Below are positions 1-8,901 of a stretch of 64,000 nucleotides of DNA, in pieces. The translations under genes and the position numbers were made by a program. Each line of letters starts with the position of its first letter. Within the stretch, counting starts at the first letter, position 1. The stretch covers positions 27,916-91,915 of the forward strand of contig JAFTFV010000023.1 of the NCBI GenBank assembly GCA_017458265.1, written 5' to 3'. Under the pieces are notes generated by a model. The model was not told the origin of the DNA, searched no databases, and saw nothing but the letters and a program-made list of their open reading frames with translations. The DNA comes from Bacteroidales bacterium (GTDB lineage: Bacteria > Bacteroidota > Bacteroidia > Bacteroidales > UBA932).

Positions 1-376
1 AGTTGTTCTGCGGGAGCTGGAAGGTCTCGCCGTCTATGGTGATGCGGCCCTGGGCGATGCGGTTGGCATACCTGCCGATGGCTGCGCCGAAGTCCGTTGA
101 GTTGTTCTCCGGGAAATAATCGGCAACCTTGTCAAAGCCGAGGACGACGTCCTGCATCTTTCCTTCCTTGTCCGGGACCATGACGGAGACGATACGGCCG
201 CCGAAGTTTGTGATGCACACCTCCATGCCGGCCTTGTTGGTAAGTGTATACAGGGCCGTGGGGGCTCCTTCGTATTCTCCTTCGAAATCCTTGGGATTCA
301 GGCCTGAGAGGGTTGTATTGTGGGTGCACGCGGCGAGAGTCGCAGCGGTGACGGCAAGGGCAAACAGTCTTTTCAT
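1..376 (-). CDS. galM: Aldose 1-epimerase (mutarotase), N-terminal part; runs off the window start
   Basis: Manual translation from ATG at 376: [26 protein letters not shown]...[39 protein letters not shown]...[15 protein letters not shown]. The GRYANRI motif is typical of GalM. LAAC lipobox. Not in the ORF track because it is truncated. Confidence 0.9.
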   Translation of the reverse strand, partial: MKRLFALAVTAATLAACTHNTTLSGLNPKDFEGEYEGAPTALYTLTNKAGMEVCITNFGGRIVSVMVPDKEGKMQDVVLGFDKVADYFPENNSTDFGAAIGRYANRIAQGRITIDGETFQLPQNN

Positions 377-407
377 CTTTGGTTTTCTTTTATTGTCCAA
401 ATATACT

Positions 408-415
408 TATTTTTG
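408..415 (+). promoter_or_regulatory. Bacteroidetes -7 promoter element (TAttTTTG) for the GH51 gene
   Basis: Matches TAnnTTTG, 20 nt upstream of the ATG at 436. Confidence 0.55.
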
Positions 416-435
416 TGGGAGTAAACGCCACATTT

Positions 436-1965
436 ATGAAAAAGATTTTCCTCATACCCTTCCTCGCAATGGCCCTTGGCGCGCAGGCTCAGGTTGTTGT
501 CTCCGTACACGAAACCGCAAAGGACCAGCCGGTCATTCCGGCCGAGATTTACGGACAGTTCTCCGAACATCTTGGAAAATGCATATACGAGGGTATCTGG
601 GTGGGTCCCGGTTCGTCCATCCCCAACGTGGACGGCTACCGTACCGATGTGCTGAACGCCCTCAAGGCGCTGAAGGTCCCCGTCCTTCGCTGGCCGGGCG
701 GCTGCTTTGCCGACGAGTACCACTGGATGGACGGAATCGGCCCAAGGGAGAACAGGCCCAAGCTGGTGAACAACAACTGGGGTGGCACCGTGGAGGACAA
801 CTCCTTCGGCACGCATGAATTCCTGAATCTCTGCGAGATGCTGGGGACGGAGCCCTACATCAGCGGAAACGTTGGTTCCGGTACCGTCGAGGAACTTGCG
901 AAGTGGGTGGAATACATGACAGCCGAAAACGGCACCATGGCCGAACTCCGTGCCAAAAACGGCCGCAGGGAGCCCTGGAAGGTCAAATATCTTGGCGTCG
1001 GCAATGAGAACTGGGGCTGCGGCGGAGACATGACCGCCCAGTACTACTCTGACGTTTACAAGCGTTATGCCCTCTATGCCCGCAACTATTCCGGGAACAG
1101 CCTGTTCAAGGTGGCCTGCGGCGCTTCCGGAGACGATTACGAATGGACCCGCACCCTGATGAAAAACGCCCGCAGCAAGATGAACGGGCTTTCCGTCCAT
1201 TTCTATACGGTGCGTGACTGGAATCACAAGGGATTGGCCATGCAGTTCACGCCGGAAGAGTATTATGCCACCCTTGCCTATTCATACCGCATAGACGAAA
1301 TCCTCCGGAACCATTCGGACATCATGGACGCCTACGACCCACAGAAGAAGGTGGCCCTCATGCTTGATGAATGGGGAACCTGGTTCGATGTCGAGCCCGG
1401 CACCAACCCCGGCCACCTCTTCCAGCAGAATACCATGCGGGATGCCATGGTTGCGGCCGTCAACCTGAATGTTTTCAACAGGCACACAGACCGCCTCAAA
1501 ATGGCAAACATAGCCCAGATAGTGAATGTCCTTCAGTCCATGATTCTCACTGACGGCCCCAGGATGGTCCTTACGCCCACCTACCATGTGTTCAGGATGT
1601 TCAACGTGCACCAGGATGCCACTTTCGTGCCTTCGGAGGCCTCCTGCGGCACTATCGTTTCCTGCGACGGGGATGTCATGCCGTCCTTCAGCCAGTCGGT
1701 CTCCCGTGACTCCGCCGGCCTCATTCACATTTCCATGGCGAATCCTTATCTTGACAAAGCCGTTAGCGTTGAGGTGAATTTTGATGAGCTGAAGCCGCGT
1801 TCCGTGAGCGGCGAGATACTCAAGGCATCGGCAATCAATGCCTGCAACGAGTTCGGAAAGGCCCCTCAGGTGCAGCCGGCCCGGTTCAAGGGCGCCAGGG
1901 TGTCAGGAAAAAAACTGACGCTCACCTTGCCGGCAGCGTCAGTCGTCGTTCTTGAAATAAAGTAG
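436..1965 (+). CDS. Alpha-L-arabinofuranosidase, GH51, with signal peptide
   Basis: [30 protein letters not shown] and LDEWGTW motifs. Start taken as MKKIFLIPF at 436. Confidence 0.93.
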   Translation: MKKIFLIPFLAMALGAQAQVVVSVHETAKDQPVIPAEIYGQFSEHLGKCIYEGIWVGPGSSIPNVDGYRTDVLNALKALKVPVLRWPGGCFADEYHWMDGIGPRENRPKLVNNNWGGTVEDNSFGTHEFLNLCEMLGTEPYISGNVGSGTVEELAKWVEYMTAENGTMAELRAKNGRREPWKVKYLGVGNENWGCGGDMTAQYYSDVYKRYALYARNYSGNSLFKVACGASGDDYEWTRTLMKNARSKMNGLSVHFYTVRDWNHKGLAMQFTPEEYYATLAYSYRIDEILRNHSDIMDAYDPQKKVALMLDEWGTWFDVEPGTNPGHLFQQNTMRDAMVAAVNLNVFNRHTDRLKMANIAQIVNVLQSMILTDGPRMVLTPTYHVFRMFNVHQDATFVPSEASCGTIVSCDGDVMPSFSQSVSRDSAGLIHISMANPYLDKAVSVEVNFDELKPRSVSGEILKASAINACNEFGKAPQVQPARFKGARVSGKKLTLTLPAASVVVLEIK

Positions 1966-1969
1966 GGTA

Positions 1970-3409
1970 CTACTTCTTTCCGCGCCAGAGTGCGGTCATG
2001 TCTTCAAGGGTCTTGCCCTTGGTTTCGGGGACGAGCTTCCAGACGAATATGGCTGCGGCAATGCAGATCACGCCGTAAAGTGCATATGCGAAGAAGTGGC
2101 CGAAACTGTCACCCATGGCTCCAAGTTTCATGTTGTACATGGGTACGAAGGTGGAGCTCACGATGAAGTTGAATATCCACTGGAACGCAACGGCAATGGC
2201 TGTTGCCTGGCTGCGGATGGTGTTGGGGAAGATCTCTGAGATATAGACCCAGCAGATGGGGCCCCAGCTGAACATGAAGCACGCGCTGTAGACCATGATG
2301 CTTATGACGGGAATGACCGCCGGCATCGCAACTACGTTGGAAAGGGCTACTCCAAGTGCTCCCAGTGCCATTCCTAGGGAACCCGTGATGAGCAGGGGCT
2401 TTCGGCCCAGTTTCTCTACGGAGAATACGGCAACCAGAGTGAAGCTGATATTGATTACGCCCATGATGACGGTGAAGAGCATGTTGTTGCTCACGCCCAT
2501 GGATTCGAAGATTCGGGGTGCGAAGTAGAGAACGGCGTTGATGCCGATGATCTGCTGGAAAACGCTGAGCATGCATCCGATAAAAACCACCAGGAAGCCA
2601 TAGGCAAAGAGCTTTTCGGTCTTTTCCACGGCGGTTTCCTTGATTTCGGCAAGGATTTCACGGGCCTTGGCTTCTCCGTTGATGTTGGAGAGGACGGTGA
2701 GGGCCTTGTCATCCTGGCCGTTCAGGGCAAGGTAGCGGGGCGTTTCGGGTACCAACAGGATGAGAAGGGCGAAGAGCCCGGCGGGGACGGCTTCGGAAAC
2801 GAACATTACCCTCCAGCCGATGCTGTTGGTCCATTCCACTATGGCGGGGTCGTTTGCATGGCTGCGGATGATAAGGAAGTTTACGAAGTACACCACCAGC
2901 TGGCCGAAAATGATTGCGAACTGGTTCCAGGACACCAGCGTTCCGCGCTTTGAGGCGGGAGCCACTTCAGCAATGTACATGGGACAAAGGGCCGATGCAA
3001 GGCCCACGCCGATGCCTCCGAGGATGCGGTAGCAGTTGAAGGCGACGAGAAGGCTTCTGGATGCGGCGCCTCTTTCGAAGAAGAGGAATTCCGGATAGTA
3101 GGACCCCAGGGCGCTCAGGAAGAAAAGGATACCAGCAATGAACAGGGACTTCTTTCGGCCCAGCCTGGAGGCCATTACGCCGGAGATGAATGCGCCGATG
3201 ATGCATCCGATAAGTGCGCTTGAGGTTGTGAAACCATGGACGCCGTCCGTGTAATTGAAGTCGGAGGCACTCCTGAAGAAGGCCTGCAGACCCTTTTCTG
3301 CACCGGAAATGACAGCAGTGTCGTAACCGAAGAGAAGACCGCCGATGACGGCGACAAGCACGATTCCGAACAGATATACCGGATTTCCGTTTTGTCTGTA
3401 ATTGCTCAT
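1970..3409 (-). CDS. xylE: Sugar porter family D-xylose/pentose:H+ symporter
   Basis: GGLLFGYDTAVISG, PMYIAEVAP, PETPRYL, QQIIGINAVLYFAP and PETKGKTLE motifs. Start taken as MSNYRQ at 3409. Confidence 0.85.
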   Translation of the reverse strand: MSNYRQNGNPVYLFGIVLVAVIGGLLFGYDTAVISGAEKGLQAFFRSASDFNYTDGVHGFTTSSALIGCIIGAFISGVMASRLGRKKSLFIAGILFFLSALGSYYPEFLFFERGAASRSLLVAFNCYRILGGIGVGLASALCPMYIAEVAPASKRGTLVSWNQFAIIFGQLVVYFVNFLIIRSHANDPAIVEWTNSIGWRVMFVSEAVPAGLFALLILLVPETPRYLALNGQDDKALTVLSNINGEAKAREILAEIKETAVEKTEKLFAYGFLVVFIGCMLSVFQQIIGINAVLYFAPRIFESMGVSNNMLFTVIMGVINISFTLVAVFSVEKLGRKPLLITGSLGMALGALGVALSNVVAMPAVIPVISIMVYSACFMFSWGPICWVYISEIFPNTIRSQATAIAVAFQWIFNFIVSSTFVPMYNMKLGAMGDSFGHFFAYALYGVICIAAAIFVWKLVPETKGKTLEDMTALWRGKK

Positions 3410-3434
3410 ATGTTGTTTTTGTTGATACAAGTCA

Positions 3435-3464
3435 CAAAAATAAGCAAAAAAATGATTAACTTTG
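3435..3464. promoter_or_regulatory. Back-to-back divergent -7 promoter elements for xylE and transketolase
   Basis: CAAAAATA at 3435-3442 (TATTTTTG on minus) and TAACTTTG at 3457-3464. Confidence 0.55.
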
Positions 3465-3486
3465 ACAAAAGATGATTTAGTTGAAT

Positions 3487-4332
3487 ATGGATAAAGAAAA
3501 CCTTCAGAAAATTGCATCGCAGGTGCGCCGTGACATCATCCGCATGGTTACTGCGGCCAAATCCGGCCATCCCGGCGGCTCCATGTCCACTGCGGACATC
3601 CTCACCGCACTGTATTTCGAGGTGATGGACCAGAACCCCGCCACATGGACACGTGACGGCAAGGGACAGGACCAGTTCATCCTCTCTGCCGGCCACCTGG
3701 CCCCGGTTTATTACTCTATACTTGCCCGTGCCGGTTATTTTCCGGTAAATGAGCTGGGTACCCTCCGTAAGCTGGGTTCCCGTCTTCAGGGCCACCCTTC
3801 AGTGCGCAGGAACCTTCCCGGCATCACACAGTGCTCTGGCTCCCTTGGTCAGGGTGTTTCCGTCGCAGCCGGTCTTGCACTGGCAAAGAAGCTTGACGGC
3901 GACAAGCACTGCGTGTACGTGCTGTGCGGTGACGGCGAATCGGAAGAAGGCCAGATCTGGGAAGGCGCAGAGTTCGCCACCCATCACAGCCTTGGCAACC
4001 TTATCGGCATGACAGACTGGAACGGCCAGCAGATTGACGGCCCCGTTGAAAGCGTTTCCGGCGGCGGAGACCTCCAGCTCAAATGGCAGGCCTTCGGCTG
4101 GAACACCGTAACTGCCGACGGCCACGACATGGAAGCCATCGTAACCGCCTTCCGGAAGGCAAAGGAAATGGGCAAGAAGACCAACCGCCCCACCATGATC
4201 CTCTTCAAGACAGACATGGGCCACGGCGTTGACTTCATGGCCGGCACCCACAAGTGGCACGGCAAGGCCCCTTCCGCAGAACAGTGCGAAGCCGCCCTCG
4301 CCCAGCTCGAAGAAACCCTCGGTGACTATTAG
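3487..4332 (+). CDS. tkt: Transketolase, N-terminal (TPP-binding) subunit
   Basis: SGHPGGSMS, LSAGH, LQGHP, GSLGQG and GDGESEEGQIWE motifs. Confidence 0.93.
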   Translation: MDKENLQKIASQVRRDIIRMVTAAKSGHPGGSMSTADILTALYFEVMDQNPATWTRDGKGQDQFILSAGHLAPVYYSILARAGYFPVNELGTLRKLGSRLQGHPSVRRNLPGITQCSGSLGQGVSVAAGLALAKKLDGDKHCVYVLCGDGESEEGQIWEGAEFATHHSLGNLIGMTDWNGQQIDGPVESVSGGGDLQLKWQAFGWNTVTADGHDMEAIVTAFRKAKEMGKKTNRPTMILFKTDMGHGVDFMAGTHKWHGKAPSAEQCEAALAQLEETLGDY

Positions 4333-4335
4333 TTC

Positions 4336-4363
4336 TGTCATCCCGAGCAAAGTCGAGGGATCT
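4336..4363 (+). repeat. TGTC-tagged palindromic repeat, copy 1
   Basis: TGTCATCCCGAGCAAAGTCGAGGGATCT, 3 nt after the stop of the transketolase N subunit. Confidence 0.8.
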
Positions 4364-4385
4364 TAATTTAAACAATGTAAAAACT

Positions 4386-5333
4386 ATGAAAAAATATATC
4401 GACACAGGAAAGAAAGACACCCGCAGCGGTTTTGGCGAAGGTCTCCTCAGGGCCGGCAAGGCCGATGAGCGCGTAGTTGCCCTCACCGCAGACCTCAAAG
4501 GCTCCCTCAAGATGGACGCCTTTGCTGCTGAATTTCCGGAAAGATTCATCCAGTGCGGCATCGCAGAAGCCAACATGGTAGGTGCAGCTGCCGGCCTTGC
4601 AATTGCCGGAAAGATTCCCTTCATCGGCTCATTCGCAGAGTTCGTCACCGGCCGAGTCTACGACCAGCTTCGTCAGGAAGTCGCTTACGGCAACACCAAC
4701 GTGAAGATTGCTTCTTCCCATGCAGGCATCACCCTCGGTGAAGACGGCGCAACCCACCAGACCATGGAGGACATCGCCCTCATGCGCGCCCTTCCCGGAA
4801 TGGTAGTGGTAAACCCCTGCGACTACAACCAGACAATGCAGGCAACTATCGCCGCTGCAAAGTATCAGGGCCCCGTTTATCTGCGTTTCGGCCGTCCTTC
4901 GGTTCCCAATTTCACAGACCCTGAAGAGCCATTTGAGATTGGCAAGGCATACGTCATGAACGAAGGCAAAGACGCCACCGTATTCTGCTGTGGCCACCTT
5001 GTATGGGAAGCCCTCCAGGCTGCTGAAATCCTTGAAGCAGAAGGCATCTCCCTCGAGGTTGTCAACGTCGCTACCATCAAGCCCCTGGACGAGGACGCCA
5101 TCATCGCTTCCATCAAGAAGACCGGCAAGGCCATCGTCGCAGAGGAGCACAACATGGCAGGCGGCCTTGGCGAAGCCATCGCCGGAGTCCTTGCTCAGAA
5201 GCACCCCGCCAAACTTGAGTTCATGAACGGCGGAGACCGCTTCGGCCAGACCGGCACCCCAGCCGAACTCATGGCCCTCTACGGCCTCGACGCCGCCCAC
5301 ATCGCCGACAAGGTTCGCGCCGTGCTCAAATAG
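4386..5333 (+). CDS. tkt: Transketolase, C-terminal subunit
   Basis: RFIQCGIAEANMVG, GEDGATHQ, GPVYLRFGR and TIKPLD motifs. Confidence 0.93.
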   Translation: MKKYIDTGKKDTRSGFGEGLLRAGKADERVVALTADLKGSLKMDAFAAEFPERFIQCGIAEANMVGAAAGLAIAGKIPFIGSFAEFVTGRVYDQLRQEVAYGNTNVKIASSHAGITLGEDGATHQTMEDIALMRALPGMVVVNPCDYNQTMQATIAAAKYQGPVYLRFGRPSVPNFTDPEEPFEIGKAYVMNEGKDATVFCCGHLVWEALQAAEILEAEGISLEVVNVATIKPLDEDAIIASIKKTGKAIVAEEHNMAGGLGEAIAGVLAQKHPAKLEFMNGGDRFGQTGTPAELMALYGLDAAHIADKVRAVLK

Positions 5334-5380
5334 CCCCGCCCACGCCCGATTGCCGGGCTTCACCCCCGCAACCCTTGGCT

Positions 5381-5567
5381 CCCATCCCTGAAAACCCCGT
5401 TTTTCAAGGATGGGAGTCCCATATCTGCCCCCCGTCCTCAAAAACGCCCGTTTTTAGGGACGGCACCCCCTCCAGGCGGCACCCCGTCCTCAAAAATGCC
5501 CGTTTTCAAGGATGGCACCCCTTCCAGGCAGCACCCCGTCCTCAGAAATGCCCTTTTTCAAGGATGA
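5381..5567 (+). repeat. REP-like tandem array A, 4 units, period 52 bp (first interval 50)
   Basis: Units start at 5381, 5431, 5483 and 5535. Consensus CCCGTCCTCAAAAATGCCCGTTTTCAAGGATGG plus linker CACCCCYTCCAGGCRGCAC. Each unit is an imperfect hairpin. Confidence 0.92.
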
Positions 5568-5607
5568 GTGGCATGTTATTCGCAGGTGCTGATGAAAAGA
5601 TATCACC

Positions 5608-6126
5608 ATGAAAAAGATTTTGCTAAGTTTGCTGGCTCTTTTGACGGTGTCAGGGAGCCTGTTTGCCCAGGGAGGCAACAAGAGCGGCATGGAGTGGATT
5701 GAAGAAGAGACAGACGGAGGCAGAAAACCAGTGATTATCAATCCTAATTATGGCGGTCCGGACTATTATAACGACCCATACATTCTGATGACCCCTCAGG
5801 AACAGATGAGGATCATATATGGAAGTCGTTACCGTAAAGCCAAGAGCAGAATCAGCGGAGGTGTCACTCTCTCGTTATTGGCTGCACCGTGCCTTGGAGT
5901 GTTTTCGGTGCTGTGCTTCCCCCATGACCTGCCTGGACTTGGCGCGATTGGGCTTGCAGGTACGGCCGCATGTGTCGGAGCGGGCATAGCGCTTTGGGCC
6001 AAAGGTCAGAGGGAGATGGACTGGATACTTGACGACTACGCCAGGAACTATGGTCCAAGGCCATATTCAAGCCTGTCTTTCGGCCCCACCCTTAGCGGAG
6101 GGATGGGACTTGCCTTGAATTTTTAA
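5608..6126 (+). CDS. Hypothetical exported/membrane protein
   Basis: N-terminal signal peptide, two hydrophobic segments, C-terminus GLALNF ending in Phe. Confidence 0.7.
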   Translation: MKKILLSLLALLTVSGSLFAQGGNKSGMEWIEEETDGGRKPVIINPNYGGPDYYNDPYILMTPQEQMRIIYGSRYRKAKSRISGGVTLSLLAAPCLGVFSVLCFPHDLPGLGAIGLAGTAACVGAGIALWAKGQREMDWILDDYARNYGPRPYSSLSFGPTLSGGMGLALNF

Positions 6127-6149
6127 GATTTCGGATTATCTTGTTAACG

Positions 6150-6180
6150 ACAGCCTCTGACACTTGCCAGAGGCTGTTTC
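6150..6180 (+). terminator. Probable intrinsic terminator
   Basis: ACAGCCTCTG-acacttgc-CAGAGGCTGT 10-bp stem followed by TTC. Confidence 0.65.
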
Positions 6181-6342
6181 ATTGCTGTTTACCACCAAAC
6201 GGATAACCTGTTTCTAACGATTTGGGACGATTGTGACGAAAAATCTTCAGAAAAAAACACGAAGATTTATACGTTTCCGAAAGCCTGTTTGGAAAAGAAT
6301 ACATATCTTGCCGCCATGTGCCACTAAGGGTACGGACACAAT

Positions 6343-7269
6343 ATGTATTACGGCAGAATATCCGAATGCGAAGTTCGGTTCAGAGAGGGCGGCCCGTTCT
6401 GGCATATATGTACCTCTCCAATTGAAACAGATATCTATTTTCGGAATGATGAGGAGCATGCAGAAGCTCTCAACATTCTGGCAATAACCGTGTTTCTCTC
6501 CAGATGTCGGCTTCTTGCCCATTCTGTGATGACTAATCATTTTCACTTTGTCCTGGAAGGAACAGAACCGGCGGTGCATGAGTTCTGGGATATCTTTTAT
6601 GACCGGTTTTCGGCATTTTTAAAAAGAACGGGAAGGCCGTATCTTGCAAAGTCGTGCAGGCCGCAGTTTATTCCTATCAAGGACCTCAAGCAGCTCAAGG
6701 ATGAGATTGCGTATGTTATACGGAATCACTTTGCAGCAGCGCCGGATTACAATATTTTTGCCTGTCTTTGGGATAGTGGACATCTGTATTTCAATCCGCT
6801 TCTGCCTTGGATGAAGGTTGGAAAAAGCGCTGCGGAGTTGAAATACTCAGAGCGCCGGAATTTCAAGCACGAACGAGACGCCTCGCTTGACCCGCGCATC
6901 ATGGTTCTGGACGGAGTTGCCATCCCTGCCTGTTTCGTTGATTATAAGCGCGCAGAATCATTCTTCGAGAACGCACGGGAGTTTTTGCTCTGGACAATGA
7001 AGAATGTGGAATCCATGGTGGAAGTAGCAAAGCGCATTGGCGAAAAACCCAACTTGACCGATACCGAACTACGCTCGGTAATATGGCAAATGTGCAAACA
7101 GAAATACAACGCTAAAGGGCCAGGTACGCTTTCTTCTGAAGACAAGGCAGAACTCATCAACTCCTTGAAGTTCGACTACAGCGCGTCCAACTCTCAGATT
7201 GCACGATGTACAGGTTTCAGGCTCTCTGAAATCAATCAGATCTTTCCCCTTTCGGCTCAAGATAAGTAG
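6343..7269 (+). mobile_element. HUH/Y1 tyrosine transposase of the REP-associated (RAYT / TnpA-REP) type with C-terminal extension
   Basis: N-terminal WHICT, HUH motif VMTNHFHFVLE, putative catalytic Tyr in IAYVIRNH followed by LWDSG (compare YIxxNP...WSS of RAYTs). Flanked on both sides by hairpin repeat arrays. Confidence 0.82.
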
Positions 7270-7459
7270 CCCCGTCCTCAAAAATGCCCGTTTTCAAGGA
7301 TGGCACCCCCTTCTGGCAGCACCTCATCCTCAAAATTGCCCGTTTTTAGGGACGGCACCCCTTCCAGACGGCACCTCATCCTCAGAAATGCCCTTTTTTA
7401 GGGGCGACACCCCCTCCAGACGGCACCCCATCCTCAAAATTGCCCGTTTTCAGGGACGG
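7270..7459 (+). repeat. REP-like tandem array B, 4 units, period 52 bp
   Basis: Units start at 7271, 7323, 7375 and 7427, with the same consensus and orientation as array A. The array fills the whole gap between the transposase stop and the EamA stop. Confidence 0.92.
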
Positions 7460-8344
7460 TTAGCGGGAGCCGAGGAAGAGAAGCACCATGCTGGCAAGGA
7501 GAAGGGCCAGGTCCAGGGCTTTGGCGCGGAGGTTCTTTTCGTGAAGCAGGAATGCGCCGATGGCGAAGCTCACCAGGACGCTGCCGCGGCGAATCATCGA
7601 CACAACGGCAATGAGCGCATCCGGGCTTGCAAGGGCCTGGAGATGGGCATAATCGGCAGCGCAGAGGAAAATGCTGATAAGGGGAATGGCCCAGGACCAG
7701 CGGAATCCCTTTGCCGATGCCACCCCGGCCGCCCTGGCTGCACGCCCATTGGTCAAAAGCAGCAGCACCCCCATCATGCCGGCCTGGTACAGCGTGTACC
7801 ATCCAAGGACCAGCTTCTTGTCAAGGCCGAGATGCTCCGGAGACATGAGATACTTGTCATAGAGCCCGCTGGCGGCACCAAGGATGACGGCAAGCACAAG
7901 GCAGACGACCCACTTGTTATGATGCGTCCGGATACCTTCCTTCTCTCCCGTGCGTTTCATGAGAAACAACGCCACAAGTGCCAGTGCAACGCCCGCACTC
8001 TGAAGAAGGTTCAGCCTTTCGCCAAATATAATCACCGCCCCGATAAGCACAAGCACCGGCCGTGAAGCATTTACCGGCCCTACAATGGTGAGCGGCAGAT
8101 GCTTCATCGCATAGTACCCGGCCACCCATGAGGACAGCACCAGCGCGCTTTTCATCAGTATCCACTTCTGCACGTCCCAGCCTTCCCAGCCAGTGGAAAA
8201 CACGAACGGAAGCATGATCAATGCCGAAAATACAGTATTCAGGAACAGCACCGGAATAACGGCGTTCCCCTTCAGTGCAATCTTTTTTGCAGAATCATAG
8301 CAGCCCAGCAGCGCTGCCGACAAGAACGCAAGCAGCCACCACAT
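7460..8344 (-). CDS. EamA/DMT family transporter
   Basis: About 10 hydrophobic segments in two repeats; IIFGERLN and FLLHEKNL EamA-type motifs. Confidence 0.85.
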   Translation of the reverse strand: MWWLLAFLSAALLGCYDSAKKIALKGNAVIPVLFLNTVFSALIMLPFVFSTGWEGWDVQKWILMKSALVLSSWVAGYYAMKHLPLTIVGPVNASRPVLVLIGAVIIFGERLNLLQSAGVALALVALFLMKRTGEKEGIRTHHNKWVVCLVLAVILGAASGLYDKYLMSPEHLGLDKKLVLGWYTLYQAGMMGVLLLLTNGRAARAAGVASAKGFRWSWAIPLISIFLCAADYAHLQALASPDALIAVVSMIRRGSVLVSFAIGAFLLHEKNLRAKALDLALLLASMVLLFLGSR

Positions 8345-8835
8345 CAGACCTCAATCCCCATTATATAGTCATTCATATAAAACCCCTTGCCGATAGGAAA
8401 ATCCCCCTGCCTTACAATCTTGAATCCCACATGCTCATAGAACCCCAGTGCCGGATTCTCCCTGTTCACGTTGAGCTCTACCACCGCATGCCCCGCCTCG
8501 TCCTTCACGTGCTTCAGAGCCCGGTCCATGAGCAGTTTGCCCAGCCCCGTCTTCTGGGCCGACGGCATCACATATATCTTCTGCAGGTGGTATAGACCTT
8601 CGCGTTCCTTCTGCACGGACACATATCCCTGTGGCTTATCTCCATCCCAAGCGATATAATACACATGCCCCTCCCTGACCTGTTTTTCAAGATTTGGAAG
8701 AGAATACATCCAGTCCATCATGTAATCCATCTGCTCCGGCGACAGGATAGTCCTATAGGTCTCCCTGAACACCACTTCGGCCATGTTATGTATAGTGGCA
8801 AGGTCTTCCCTTGCGGCCATTTTGATTTCAACCAT
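8344..8835 (-). CDS. GNAT family N-acetyltransferase
   Basis: LQKIYVMPSAQKTGLGKLL and LNVNRENPALGFYEHVGF motifs. Confidence 0.9.
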   Translation of the reverse strand: MVEIKMAAREDLATIHNMAEVVFRETYRTILSPEQMDYMMDWMYSLPNLEKQVREGHVYYIAWDGDKPQGYVSVQKEREGLYHLQKIYVMPSAQKTGLGKLLMDRALKHVKDEAGHAVVELNVNRENPALGFYEHVGFKIVRQGDFPIGKGFYMNDYIMGIEV

Positions 8836-8901
8836 GACGCAAAGTTACAACAAATCCCGCACATTTTCCCGTCCCAGGCAGTGATGGCCTGAAGGAGGAC
8901 G

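Noticed and set aside
5375-5611. ORFs reading through the repeat arrays (5375-5611, the N-terminus of 7199-8065 and the extension of 35111-35830), with PVLKNARFQGWHP peptides
   Set aside because: These are translations of the DNA repeat; 7199-8065 is also antisense to the EamA gene
7266-7269. GTAG tetranucleotide right before array B, as in GTAG-family REPs
   Set aside because: It is the end of the transposase gene (AAG TAG) and none of the other nine units has it
5381-7459. CRISPR array interpretation of the 52-bp-period repeats
   Set aside because: The intervening 19-bp linkers are conserved rather than unique spacers, there are only four units per array, and no cas gene is nearby; the adjacent gene is an HUH transposase
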